DNA from: Mustelus asterias
Lineage: Eukaryota
DNA: 64,000 nt
Assembly (NCBI RefSeq): GCF_964213995.1
Contig: NW_027590143.1
Location: forward strand, 1,178,001 to 1,242,000
Reading direction: 5' to 3'
Below, piece after piece: positions 37,465 through 50,313 of the stretch (the first letter of the stretch is position 1; each line of letters opens with the position of its first letter). The translations under genes were made by a program, and so were the position numbers. A model generated the notes under the pieces. The model was not told the DNA's origin. It did not search any database and was given only the letters and a program-made list of their open reading frames with translations.

Positions 37465-39938
37465 AGGGCAATTGTTATGGGGGATTTTAACTTGACTAAT
37501 ATTGACTGGAATTGTTATAGCTCTAGCTCGTTAGAGGGGTCAGTTTTTGTTCAAAGCGTGCAGGAAGGTTTTTTGACTCAGTATGTAGACAGGCCAACTA
37601 GAGGTGAGGCTATATTGGATCTGGTGCTGGGAAATGAGCCAGACCAGGTGCTAGACTTGGAAGTTGGTGTGCATTTTGGTGATAGTGACCACAATTCGGT
37701 TACGTTCACCTTAGTGATGGAAAGGGATAGGCATGAACCTCGGGCCAGTGGTTTTAGCTGGGGGAAGGGTAATTATGAGGCTATTAGGAGAGAATTAGGA
37801 AACATAGGTTGGACTAGGAGATTACAGGGACTGGGAACGTCCGACATGTGGAGTTTTTTCAAGGAGCAGCTACTGCGAGTCTGTGATAGGTATGTCCCTG
37901 TCAGGCAAGGAGGAATTGGTAGGGCTAGGGAACCGTGGTGCACCAAAAAAGTTTCTTTGTTGGTTAAAAAGAAAAAGGAGGCTTATGTTCGGATGAGACG
38001 TGAGCACTCGGGTAGTGCACTAGAAAGCTTTAGATTGGCTAAGAGGGAGTTGAAGAGCGAGCTTAGAAGGGCTAAAAGGGGACATGAGAAGACTTTGGCG
38101 GATAGGGTTAAAGAGAATCCTAAGGCGTTCTATAGGTATGTCAAGAACAGAAGGTTGGTTAGGGCAAGTTTAGGGCCAGTTATAGATGGCAGAGGGAAGT
38201 TATGTGTGGAACCGGAGGAGATTGGTGAAGCATTGAACCAATATTTCTCTTCGGTGTTCACGCAAGGGGACATGAATATAGCTGAGGAGGACACTGGGTT
38301 GCAAGGGAGTAGAATAGACAGTATTACAGTTGATAAGGAGGATGTGCAGGATATTCTGGAGGGTCTGAAAATAGATAAATCCCCTGGTCCGGATGGGATT
38401 TATCCAAGGATTCTCTGGGAGGCAAGAGAAGTGATTGCAGAGCCTCTGGCTCTGATCTTCAGGTCGTCGTTGGCCTCTGGTGTAGTACCAGAGGATTGGA
38501 GGTTAGCGAATGTTGTCCCATTGTTTAAGAAGGGGAACAGAGACTTCCCCGGGAATTATAGACCGGTGAGTCTCACTTCTGTTGTCGGCAAGATGTTGGA
38601 AAAAATTATATGGGATAGGATTTATAGTAATTTGGAGAGTAATGAATTGATAGGTGATAGTCAGCATGGTTTTGTGGCAGGTAGGTCGTGCCTTACTAAC
38701 CTTATTGAGTTTTTTGAGAAAGTGACCAAGGAGGTGGATGGGGGCAAGGCAGTGGACGTGGTATATATGGATTTTAGTAAGGCGTTTGATAAGGTTCACC
38801 ATGGTAGGCTTCTGCAGAAAATGCAGATGTATGGGATTGGGGGTGATCTAGGAAATTGGATCAGGAATTGGCTAGCGGATAGGAAACAGAGGGTGGTGGT
38901 TGATAGTAAATATTCATCATGGAGTGCGGTTACAAGTGGTGTACCTCAGGGATCTGTTTTGGGGCCACTGCTGTTTGTAATATTTATTAATGATCTGGAT
39001 GAGGGTATAGTTGGGTGGATTAGCAAATTTGCTGATGACACCAAAGTCGGTGGTGTGGTAGACAGTGAGGAAGGGTGTCGTAGTTTGCAGGAAGACTTAG
39101 ACAGGTTGCAAAGTTGGGCCGAGAGGTGGCGGATGGAGTTTAATGCGGAGAAGTGTGAGGTAATTCACTTTGGTAGGAATAACAGATGTGTTGAGTATAG
39201 GGCTAACGGGAGGACTTTGAATAGTGTGGAGGAGCAGAGGGATCTAGGTGTATGTGTGCATAGATCCCTGAAAGTTGGGAATCAAGTAGATAAGGTTGTT
39301 AAGAAGGCATATGGTGTCTTGGCGTTTATTGGTAGGGGGATTGAATTTAGGAGTCGTAGCGTTATGTTGCAACTGTACACAACTCTGGTGCGGCCGCACT
39401 TGGAGTACTGTGTGCAGTTCTGGTCCCCACATTACAGGAAGGATGTGGAGGCTTTGGAGAGGGTGCAGAGGAGGTTTACCAGGATGTTGCCTGGTATGGA
39501 GGGGAGATCCTATGAGGAGAGGCTGAGGGATTTGGGATTGTTTTCGCTGGAAAGGCGGAGGCTAAGAGGGGATCTTATTGAAACATATAAGATGATTAGA
39601 GGTTTAGATAGGGTGGATAGTGATAGCCTTTTTCCTCTGATGGAGAAATCCAGCACGAGGGGGCATGGCTTTAAATTGAGGGGGGGTAGTTATAGAACCG
39701 ATGTCAGGGGTAGGTTCTTTACCCAGAGGGTGGTGAGGGATTGGAATGCCCTGCCAGCATCAGTAGTAAATGCGCCTAGTTTGGGGGCGTTTAAGAGATC
39801 CGTAGATAGGTTCATGGACGAAAAGAAATTGGTTTAGGTTGGAGGGTCACAGTTTTTTTTTTTAACTGGTCGGTGCAACATCGTGGGCCGAAGGGCCTGT
39901 TCTGCGCTGTAATGTTCTATGTTCTATGTTCTATGTTC
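37465..39938 (+). mobile_element. Young CR1 LINE, 5'-truncated, with an uninterrupted 786-aa ORF2 fragment (APE C-terminus and RT)
   Basis: ORF 37477..39837: GDFN, LDLVL, SDHN, PGPDG, QHGF, DFSKAFD, GVPQGSVLGP, FADD; (TTCTATG)n tail. Confidence 0.97.
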
Positions 39939-40130
39939 ACTTTGTATTTGTTTGTAAATCGTTAAATCTCTAAATTCTTCCAGTTTGGGGAAAAGGTCAG
40001 CGACCTGAAACAATCATTCCGTTTCCCTCTCCATAGACGCTGTTTGGCCTGGTTTGTATTTTGAACATTTTCTGCTATGACGTGGGAGTTGCAGCAACTG
40101 CAGTATGTTGTTTTTGGGTCACAGTAGATC

Positions 40131-41091
40131 GAAGAACAAAGAACAGGACAGCACAGGAAACAGGCCCTTCGGCCCTCCAAGCCTGTGCCGCTCATTGGTC
40201 CAACTAGACCATTCGTTTGTATCCCTCCATTCCCAGACTGCTCATGTGACCATCCAGGTAAGTCTTAAACGATGTCAGCGCGTCTGCCTCCACCGCCCTA
40301 CTTGGCAGCGCATTCCAGGCCCCCACCACTCTCTGTGTAAAAAACGTCCCTCTGATATCTGAGTTATACCTCGTCCCTCTCACCTTGAGCCCGTGACCCC
40401 TCGTGATCGTCACCTCCGACCTGGGAAAAAGCTTCCCACTGTTCACCCTATCTATACCCTTCATAATTTTGTACACCTCTATTAGGTCTCCCCTCATGCT
40501 CCGTCTTTCCAGGGAGAACAACCCCAGTTTACCCACTCTCTCCTCATAGCTCAGACCCTCCATACCAGGCAACATCCTAGTAAACCTTCTCTGCACCCTC
40601 TCTAAAGCCTCCACGTCCTTCTGGTAGTGCGGCGACCAGAATTGGACGCAGTACTCCAATTGTGGCCTAACCAGCGTTCTATACAGACGCAACATCAGAC
40701 TCCAGCTTTTATACTCTATACCCCGTCCTTTAAACGCAAACATACCATATGCCTTCTTCACCACCTTCTCCACCTGTGCTGCTGCCTTCAAGGATTTGTG
40801 AACTTGCACACCTAGGTCCCTCTGTGTTTCTATACTCTTGATGGCTCTGCCATTTATTGTATAACTTCCCCCTACATTAAATCTTCCAAAATGCATCACT
40901 TCGCATTTACCTGGATTAAATTCCATCTGCCATTTCTCCGCCCAATTTTCCAGCCTATCTATATCCTGCTGTATTGTCCGACAATGTTCATCACTATCCG
41001 CAAGTCCAGCCACCTTCGTGTCATCCGCAAACTTGCTGATAACACCAGTTACCCCTTCTTCCAAATCATTTATATACATCACAAATAGCAG
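40131..41091 (-). mobile_element. Young CR1 LINE, 5'-truncated
   Basis: Open 292-aa ORF 40204..41082 with FADD; (TTCTTTG)n tail. Confidence 0.96.
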
Positions 41092-41327
41092 AGTTTTCTC
41101 TGACTGAACCTTACCTGTTTAAGTAGTTAAAGTGCCGAAGTTTTAAATAATAAGACACCAGGATACGTCACCCTGTTTGATATGAAATGAAACAAAATGA
41201 GAGTAAATCATTTCATAAAATGTTGCTAATGCAAAATATATTTCATTGCCAAGGCCAGTATTTGTTGGCCATCCCTCTTGCCCCTTCAACTGAATATTTT
41301 GCTGGGCCATTTCATAGGATATTTAAC

Positions 41328-43335
41328 AGTCATAGATTCATAGAATCATACAGGTTTAAAATGTGGAAACAGGCCCTTCGGCCTAGCATGTCCATGCCAC
41401 CCTTTTTTAATGATTAAGCTAGTCCCAATTGCCCGCGCTTGGACATAGCCCTCAATAGCCATCTTATCCAAGTAACCGCCTAAACGCGTTTTAAAAGGCA
41501 AAATTGTACCTTTCTCTACTACTACCTCCGGCAGCTTGTTCCAGACACTCACCATCCTCTGTGTGACAAAATGCCCATCTGCACTCCTTTGTATCTCTCC
41601 CCTCTCACCTTAAATCTACGCTCTCTACTTTTAGACTCCGCTACCTTTGGAAACATACACTGACTATCTAGCTGATCTATGCCCTTCAATATTTTACAGA
41701 CCTCGAAGATCACCCCGAAGCATCCTCCGCTCCAGAGAAAAACGTCCCAGTCGATCCAGCCCCTCCTTGTAACTCAAACCATCAAGTCCCGGTAGCATCC
41801 TCGTAAATCTTTTCTGCACTGTTTCTAGTTCAATAATATCCTTTCTATGATAGGGTGACCGGGACTGTACTCAATATTCCAAGTGTGGCCTTACTTGTCT
41901 TGTGCAACTTCAAGAAGACGTCCCAACTCCTGAATTCAATGTTCCGACCAATGAAACCAAGCATACCGAATACCCACTTCACCAATCTGTCCGCCTGTGA
42001 CTCCACTTTCAATGAGATATACCCCTGGATCTCTTTGTTCTGTAACTCTCCCCAACGCCCCACCATTAACTGAGTAAGTCCTGCCGTGGTTCGATCTACC
42101 AAAATGCATCACCTCACATTTATCTGAAGTAAATTCTATCTGCCATTCGTCAGGCCACTGGCCCAATTGATCAAGATCCCGTTGCAGTCCTTGATACCCT
42201 TCTTTACAGTCCACTATGCCACCTATCTAGATGTCACCTGCAAACTTACAAACTATGCCTCCTAAATTCTCATCCAAATCACTAATATAAATGACAAAAA
42301 CGGTGGACCCAACACCGATCCCTGAGACAAACCGCTGGTCACAGGCCTCCGGGTTTGGAAAACAACCCTCGACAACCACCCTTTGTGTTCACCCTCCAGT
42401 CTTCAGGCGCCTCACTATGGCTGGCCATGATTCAAATATCTTTGCAAGGAGAAAGTCAATTTCCTCTTTCGCCCCCCACAACGTCCTGTTATACACTTCA
42501 TCAGGTCCCTGGGATGTATCTAGCTTGATGCACTTTAAGACATCCAGCACCTCCTTCTCTGTTGCACGCCTCAAGACATCACTATTTATTTCCCTAAGTT
42601 CCCGAACATTTTTTGCCTTTTACAACACTAAATACCGATAAGAAATATTCATTTATCATTTCACCCTTCTCTTGTGGATCCGCACATAAATTACCTTGTT
42701 GATTGTTAATAGGTCCTACTCTCCCCTAGTTACTCTTTTACCCTTCATACATTTGTAGAAACTCTTTTGATTCTGCTTTGCCTTATCTGCCAAAGCATTC
42801 TCGTGTCCTCTTTTTGCTCTCCTGAATCCTCTTATCTCTGCTTCTACACCCTCTATATTCTTCAAGGATCCATTTGATCCCAGCTGCCGGTGTATGACAT
42901 ATCTCATTCTTCTTCTTGACCAGGGCCTCAATATCGCCAGTTATCCAGCATTCCCTCGTTCTACGTGCCTTGCCCTTCACGCTAAGAGGAATGTGCTTAT
43001 CCTGATACCTGGTTAACAGACTGTTGAAAGCCTCCCACTTACCAGACGCCTCTTTGCCTGCCAGCTAATTCCCCACTTAACTTTTGAAAGTTCCTGTCTG
43101 ATAACATTAATATTGGCCTTGCCCCAATTTAGAATTTTAACTTTTGGGCCAGACCTATTGTTCTCCATAGCTATCTTAAAACTAATGGAATTATGGTCAC
43201 TCGTCTCAAAGTGACCCCTAACTCTCCTTGTGTCACCTGCTCTTCCTTTTTTCCCAAGAGACGGTCAAGTTTCTCCCCCTCTCTAGTCGGAACATTCACA
43301 TACTGAATGAGAAGTTCCTCCTGAATAAACTCGAA
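41328..43335 (-). mobile_element. Degraded CR1 LINE
   Basis: Broken APE and RT pieces (RRAKRGHE, SQGPDE, KCEVMHFG, WNKLPEVVV). Confidence 0.9.
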
Positions 43336-44655
43336 ATGAAGGCAACATCGCCAAATTTGCAGATGACTCAAAAATAGGCGGGACAGTAAGTTGCAAGGAG
43401 GAAATAAGAAACTTACTAATGAAAAAAGTAGGTTAGGAGAGTGGGCGAAAATGTGGCAGCTGGAGTTTAAGGTGAATAAGTGTGAAATCATGCATTTTGG
43501 TCAGAAAAATGGGAAGACGACTTACTATCTAAATGGAGAGAGACTTTGGGATACTCCGGTGCAGAGGGATCTGGGTGTTTTCCTTCATGAGTCACAGGAA
43601 TCTGCCATGCAGACAGCAGACAAATAAAGCGAGAGGAATGTTGGCAATTGTAGCTAAAGGCATAGAATATAAAGACAAGGAAGTATTGCTGCAAATACAC
43701 AAGGTATTGGTGAGGCTGCGCCTGAAGTATTGTACGCAGTTTTATTCCGCTTATTTGAGGAAAGATGTCGTGGCATTGGAGGCAGTCCAGAGGAGGTTCA
43801 CAAGATTGATTCCAGAGATGAAGTGATTGTCGCATGCAGAGAGATTGAACAGTTTAGGCCTATACTCTCTGGAATTGAGAAGAATGAGCGGAGATCAAAT
43901 TGAGGTGTACAAGTTGATAAAAGGCATGGATAAGGTAGACGTGGAACGAATGCATCGGCTGTTGGGGCATTCTAAGACGAGATGTCATGGACTTAGGATG
44001 AGGGGTAGCAAATTTAAACTGAGTTGAGGAGGAACTACTTCTCCCAAAGGGTTTTGAATCTGTCGAATTCGCTAACCCAAAGTGCAGTGGATGCTGGGAC
44101 AGTGAGTAAATTTAAGGAGGAATGAGACAGATTTTTAATTGGTTGAAGGGTTCTGGGATGAGGACCATATCCTCCATGATTGAATGGCGGAGCGGATTCG
44201 ACGGGCCGAATGACCTAATTCTGCTCCGATATCTTGTGACCTCTTATGGCAGGGAGCAGACGGTGATGGTTGTGACAGATTTTCAGAGTGGAAGAGTATG
44301 TCTCCTGAGGGCCCCAAGGGATCAGTGTTTTTGCATCTGCAGTTTGCATGAGTGATTTCGATTTGAATGTTCGAGGCTTGAGCAATAAATTGGCATTTGA
44401 TACAAACATTTGCGAGGTGGTAGATAAGGCGGAGGTAATCTTGGTTCACAGAAGGATATAGATGACCTGGTCAGATAGGCTGGGCTATTGCAAATGGAAT
44501 TCGATCCGGCTCAATGTGAGGCGATGTGCTCGGGCAGGACAAACAAGGCAAGGGAATACATGATAAACGCAGGACCCTGGGAATCTCAGAGGGGCATTTG
44601 TGAGCATGTCCAGCGGTCCCTGAATGTCGCACGACAGGTGGATAAAACGGGTAAT
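43336..44655 (+). mobile_element. Two adjacent degraded CR1 fragments
   Basis: AKFADD, KCEIMHFG and QRRFTRLIP to ~44245, then an older RT piece from ~44250. Confidence 0.85.
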
Positions 44656-44714
44656 TGAATGAAAGAGGTCAAACTATTTGTGTGTCCTCATTTGGAGCTG
44701 TTGGCCATGTTCCT

Positions 44715-44786
44715 GGGTCTATGTTGTAATGGTGAGCACTCTGGACTCTGAATCCAGTGATCCGAGCTCAAATCTCGATGGAACCT
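44715..44786 (+). tRNA. tRNA-Gln(CTG)-like, the best preserved Gln copy but function doubtful
   Basis: Intact anticodon arm CTGGA CTCTGAA TCCAG; T54>C in the B box (GAGCTCAAATC) and acceptor mismatches. Confidence 0.6.
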
Positions 44787-45441
44787 TGCCTTCCTTTCCC
44801 AAAGCCGATAATGATTTTGCTGAAGGGACTTTTATTTAAAATTCTCAGAAAGTCGAAATCTAAACACTGAGGTAATTTCGGCATATTCCACCGCAATCAC
44901 TTTGCAGATGATGCAACGAATGACGCCCCTGTCGTCATTGCATCAGGCCCAGAGGACGTTTGCTCGAGAATAAAAAGCGCTGAGAGGCAGAGAAGCCACA
45001 GCGGACAGGGGTCCACCTAGGGTTGCCATTCAGTCACCCACCTGTCCCAATTTAAACAATTGTTCGGACGCCGAATGTCCAGAGTGTGAACCGTTACACC
45101 ATGGAACCGATAGCACTCTGATATAAGACACTCTGATCTCCCAAAACGCACCTATGCACAGGCACACACACACACACACACACATACAGAGAAACTCACA
45201 AACTTGATCAATAATTGCCGGACTCCAGCCAAATGGTTGTGGTTGTGTGACACCAACTGCCCCTTTCTTTCAACAGAGGAATTAAAGGGTAGCGAAAAGA
45301 TGAAAAAAAACACTGATGGTGCAGGCATCTGTCGCCAGAGGCTCAGCAATGTGCATTGTAATAGCAGCTGAACAGGCTGACAAAATTGTCGTTGGCATTC
45401 CTGCTTTGTGAGAAATTTAAACGAAATGTCCATCAACAAAT

Positions 45442-45784
45442 GGGGCGGTACGGTATCACAGTGGTTAGCAATGCTGCTTCACAGCTCCAGAGACCTGGGT
45501 TCGATTCCCGGCTTGGGTCACTGTCTGTGTGGAGTTTGCACATTCTCCTCGTGCCTGCGTGGATTTCCTACGGGTGGTCTGGTTTCCTCCCACATTCCAA
45601 AGATGTGCGGGTTAGGTTGATTGGCAATGCTAAACTTGCTCTTAGTGTCGTGCGATGCGTAGATTAGAGGGATTAGTGGGTAAATATGTAGGGTTATGGG
45701 GGTAGAGCCTGGGTGGGATTGTGGTCGGTGCAGACTCGATAGGCCAAGTGGCCTCTTTCTGTGCTTGTAGGGTTTCTAAGATTC
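45442..45784 (+). mobile_element. Full-length HE1-type SINE
   Basis: A and B boxes (GGGTTCGATTCCCG), V-domain, CR1 tail; absent from the paralogous cassette near 31130-31170. Confidence 0.92.
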
Positions 45785-45977
45785 AAATCAACCCTCAGCA
45801 ACGTCAAAGAAAAGCAAGGATCAGTCTGGTTCAGAGTGCTCACCATTGGACCAGAGAACCTCCAACATTGGAGCCGGCTACAAATGGCCGCTTAAAGGAT
45901 TTGACCTTCCTGCTGTTGCTGCCACATTGAATGAAAGGGGTCACGTGCTTTGAGTGACCACTTGCAGCTGGCTTCTG

Positions 45978-46049
45978 GGTTCTGTGTTGTAATGGCCAGA
46001 ACTCTGGACTCTGAATCCAGCGATCCAAGTTTAGATCTTGGTGGGATCT
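45978..46049 (+). pseudogene. tRNA-Gln(CTG)-derived pseudogene
   Basis: ACTCTGGACTCTGAATCCAGCGATCC; T loop mutated. Confidence 0.8.
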
Positions 46050-46247
46050 TGCTTTTCTTTGCAGAAGCCGCTGATTGTTTTTACTCAAGGGCATTTTAAT
46101 CAAAATCCTCAGAACGTGGTACACTGAGAAAAATTCACCAAATTCCACCATAATCACATTGCAGACGCTGCAGCGAATGACTCTCCTGGCGTCATTGCAT
46201 CAGCCCCAGAAGACGATTGCTCAGAATACCAAGAGCTCAGTGGCAGA

Positions 46248-46556
46248 AACATAGATAGCCTTAGAGTACAGAAGGAAGCCATTCGGCCCACCAAGTCTGC
46301 ACCAACAACAATCCCACACAGGCCCTATCCCCGTAACTCCACATATGTGCCCTGTTTGCTCCCTGCCACTGCGGGCAATGCAACACGGTCAATCAACCTA
46401 ACCCGCACACCTTTGCATTGTGCGCTGGGAGCTCGGTTTCTCTCCACACACGCAGACACGGGGGGAATGTGCAAACTCCACACAGACAGTGACCCGTATT
46501 GAATTCTGCACCAATGCGCTGTGAGCCAGCAATGCTACCTAATGTGCCACAGTGTC
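46248..46556 (-). mobile_element. HE1-type SINE
   Basis: Reverse V-domain GTGCAAACTCCACACAGACAGTGACCC. Confidence 0.85.
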
Positions 46557-47631
46557 AGAAAAGACACAGAGGGCAGGGAGTCTCCCTACCGATGTCACCC
46601 ACTGAGTTATCGTTCACAATTTAAACAAATATTAGGGCGATGAGAGTCGTGGTTCCTGTGGATTGAAGAAAACCATCGGTTAGGTTTTTGGAGTCGGACA
46701 GAGAGAGGACATGTCCCCTTTTCTTTGTTTTTTGCCATTTTGCTTTCAGCCCACGTCCAATCCTTGATGCCCCTTGTGATCCCTTGCCCTTATATTTTGG
46801 CTTATTGTATTCTTGTCTCCTGGACCTTTTCCTTTTTTAAAAATGAATATGATTACTCTTGTTAGTTGTGAATGGCGACGCCGACAAAGTGTTTAAAATA
46901 ATGCAGTCAAATGCAATTAAAATCTCGTGTGAGTGGAATTAAGATGGGGTTGTGGGGGGGGAGAGGAGGAAGACAGAGTGATGGTCGAGTTCTGCCGTAT
47001 TTTAGGTGGTTGGGGGGAGGTAGTTGTTGAGGTTGTGTGCGTTGGGGGAGGGGACGGTGAGTTTGGGGTTTCTGTGTTTCTGTGGGTTTGGCGTAAATCT
47101 TAAGGTAATGTGTGCGCTGGAGAGTTTTTTGTGGCTTTCCTGGCTGGGGAGGTTTTGTGTCTGTTGCGGAGTGAGACTCTGCTTTTTTGTTTTCTGGGCA
47201 GACGGACGGGGGAGGGGGGGGAGGGGGGGTGGTTTGGTGGTAGCAGCTGGGCTTCTGAGGGCAGCTCAGGAGGTTGTGGGGGGAATTCTTGGGGCTTTCC
47301 TGATCTGAAAATTGGTGGTTATGTTGTGGTTTGAAGGGTGGTTTGTTGTCTTCCCATGCCTTGACACTTTCGCCTCCCGTGTGTGTCTCCAAGGGTGGAC
47401 GGGGTGAGGGGGCTCCCGGACCACTTGGGATGGAGTGACCTTTTATTTCTGAGTGTTTTATGTTGTGGTGGGCAGGATGGTGTTGTGTGGATTCGGGTGG
47501 TATGTGTCGGATTGGTGTGGAGGCATTGGTTGGCGGAGCGAGGGAATCTCGGGGCATCCTCGTTTATTTGGGTGGTTTATGGGTTTGTCATGAGGCAAGA
47601 ACGTTTGGCAGTCCAAAAATTACTTCTGTGA

Positions 47632-47898
47632 CCATTTATTTATTTCTTAATTAGTGTCCCAATAGGCTTACATTAACGATGCAATTAAGTTACTGTGAAC
47701 GGGTACACTGAGGGAGAATTTATCACGGACAATCCACATAACATACACATCTTTGGAGGGTGGGAGGAAACCGGAGCACCTGGAGGAAACTCACGCAGAC
47801 ACGGGGAGAACGTGCAAACTCTGCATAATGGTCCAAGTCAAGCCGGGTCTCTGACGCCGTGAGACAGCACTGCTTACCACTGTACCACCGTCCGGGCC
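47632..47898 (-). mobile_element. HE1-type SINE variant
   Basis: GGAGGAAACCGGAGCACCTGGAGGAAACTCACGCAGACACGGGGAGAACGTGCAAACT. Confidence 0.85.
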
Positions 47899-47943
47899 CA
47901 TAAATTAATGATTTCACATGTATGTTATTATTTTAAAGTCTCA

Positions 47944-48180
47944 GAGGGATGTTTTTTACACAGAGGGTGGTGGGGGCCTGGAATGCGCTGCCAAGTAGGG
48001 TGGTGGAGGCAGGCACGCTGACATCGTTCAAGACTTACCTGGATAGTCACATGAGCAGCCTGGGAATGGAGGGATACAAACGATTGGTCCAGTTGGACCA
48101 GGGAGCGGCGCAGGCTTGGAGGGCCGAGGGGCCTGTTTCCTGTGCTGTACTGTTCTTTGTACTTTGTTGTTTGTTCTTTG
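47944..48180 (+). mobile_element. CR1 3'-end fragment
   Basis: FFTQRVVGAWNALP..EGYKRLV and tail. Confidence 0.92.
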
Positions 48181-49908
48181 ATCCAGTGGGTTAGTTGTTG
48201 CCCTTCTTAGGAGACTTTCATTTGTCAGTTATTGTGTGTTACTCTGTGACCAGGGTTCGTTCCATTGTTCAAGGTGATTCAAAGAATATAGACATTCGCA
48301 TGTTTAAGGGAGAGCCCGTTTGTTAGTTGGGACAAGCTATCCTGTGTCCAGGTTTGTCCTATTGATTCGGGTGATTGAATAATTAATGATTGATATTTTT
48401 CCGAGATCTGCCCGTGGATTGTACAGAGTCGCCATGTGGCCATTGTGTCCTGCATTTTATATCTTACTGGAAAGAAATACAGATTTATATTTTGTTTTAG
48501 TGGTTGACACTTCGCCGAGTCGATTATTTCTACCGTTCTTTTAGGTCCCTATATGTTTTAGATTAGCCCCATTGATTAAGGTGAACGTATGTCAATCCGC
48601 GGACCGTGTCCAGGGCACGATCCGAGAGTCTTTATTTTTGTGTGGATGTGGAAAATTCACTCACCCGAGGGCTGTAGGGTGTCAAGACCAGATCCAGCTG
48701 AGGTACATTTAGCTCCCATTCGTCCCACTTCCAAGGCTGGCTGTGGATGGTGTCTGGCCATTCTTACCTTTCCTCCCCAGTAGAGACCCAACTGGGGTTT
48801 AATCTTCCTTATTTAGCTTGCATCCCGACCGGTTTCGCTGCTTCCTTACGCTTCATCAAGGGAAGAGAGAGTTGTTCTCACTGTCCTTCGTGTGCTTTTC
48901 GTGGCCTTTTCGGATAGTGTGTCGTCCAGCAATTTTGGGGCGAGTGAGTGTTCTGTGTTCAGCTCGTGTTCCGTGCTACCTCTGCGGGTAATGGAAGTTT
49001 CCCCTCTCTACCTGTCCTGCATATGGGCTTAAATAGCGCCAATTCTTGTCCTGGAGTGACAGGAAGCTGTTGAAACGCATTGGTTCTCTGTGGGTTTTGA
49101 ATTCACCCCCTCCCAATCATTGACTGACAGGGAAACGGTGCGCTGTGTTCTCAGTTTTGTGTTCCCTCAATCTATGGTTCTGTGGTTAGGGCGGGTTGAG
49201 GATGGTTTTTTTTGCTTGGATGGGCGGGTGTTTGTTTTTTTGGTTCTGCTTTCGAATCTCTGTTGTCCCCTTATGCCCTGTGTGGTAACCTCTTTTAATA
49301 TTTTGGTTCCTGGTTCAGTCCTTGCGTTGCATTCCTGGTATTTGTGGGGGAGGGATATTCCTTTTTTCCCCTGTGATATTTTGTGCCAGTGGTGGGCTCT
49401 TGGTCTCTTTTTGGAGGCTTTGGCAGTGTCTGACAGTCAATAAGTCTTCAAGTGTGGCTGCGTCTCGTCCTTGTATATGGTCTGGTCAGGAGCGTGGAGG
49501 GTAAGGGAGAGAAGCTTCTTCCTGGTTTTTCTTATTGATTCGTGAAGGGGAAAGTGGGAGGGTCGAGGTGAACCAAGCAGATGGTTGGTGGGACATTTTT
49601 TGTAATGGTGTTGGGCTTGGGTAGTGGGGTTTTATTTGTGGGGCAGGGAGTCTTTTTGATGGTTTTGGGTACGTGTAGTGTTGTGGGGGGGGGGCGTGGG
49701 GTGGGTGCTTCGTATCATCTGGGTGGTGTTGTGTTCTGGGGGATGCAATGAATCTTTTTGTCTGTAGCTTAGGGAGAGATTATTCTCTGTCGACGAGACT
49801 ATTTGTTTTTTAAGTGGTGGAATATTTTCTTTGTTTCATTTTGGATTCTTTCCTTTCCCCTTTTTAAAGTCCGTATTCTTGTTTTTTTTTATTGGCTTTA
49901 TGTCACCG

Positions 49909-49999
49909 AGGGTTAGGGTTAATGTTAGGTTTCGGGTTAGTTAGTTATTTCGGGTTGGGGTTAGTTTTAGTGTCAAGGTTAGAGTTAGGGTTCGGGTTA
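49909..49999 (+). repeat. Degenerate (TTAGGG)n-like tract
   Basis: GGGTTAGGGTTA..TTCGGG..GTTAGGGTTCGGGTTA. Confidence 0.7.
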
Positions 50000-50132
50000 C
50001 AATGTGCAAACTCCACACAGACAGTGACCGGAGGCCGGAATTGGACCCGGGTCCCTGGCGCTGTGAGGCAACAGGGCTAACCATTGTGTCACCTTGCCGT
50101 TGTTGCAATAATCTCTTTGTTCTTTTAAATTT

Positions 50133-50201
50133 AATTAATGCGAAAGATCAAGCAACCTAATTATCTCCCTGGAGCATGACATCACGTATAAATGTGACAA
50201 T
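50133..50201 (+). promoter_or_regulatory. Proximal promoter of GPCR-B
   Basis: AATTAATG, TAATTAT, TCCCTGGAG and GTATAAATGTGACAAT, colinear with 5373-5441. Confidence 0.7.
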
Positions 50202-50243
50202 TTTTCAATGTAGTGCAGACCGCGATCAGCGCTTCTGGAAGAA

Positions 50244-50313
50244 ATGCATGGAATACCAGAAGGTCTGGTGTTTGCCATTTATTATCCAGTCATAGCAGCT
50301 ATCGGAGTTTCAG
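50244..50313 (+). CDS. GPCR-B exon 1 (MHGIPEGLVFAIYYPVIAAIGVS)
   Basis: ATG 50244, 70 nt, phase-1 donor G|GTAAAA. Confidence 0.9.

Larger units (their letters stand above)
46670..49885 (-). mobile_element. Probable ancient L1/Tx1-type LINE relic with later SINE and CR1 insertions
   Basis: Strong strand skew; weak minus-strand remnants resembling L1 APE (IW..HPT, FPHPHK..SRI near 48620-48700; RDFNC near 46915) and the ORF1 C-terminus near 49430-49520. Confidence 0.35.

Noticed and set aside
37477-39837. Autonomous or domesticated RT gene, or a prokaryotic retron-type RT
   Set aside because: An ordinary CR1 ORF2 lacking ORF1 and the N-terminal APE half, with a LINE tail and an empty site in the paralogous arm
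46907-47557. 216-aa Pro/Gln-rich protein
   Set aside because: Low-complexity product of strand-skewed sequence; no domain apart from a possible LINE remnant
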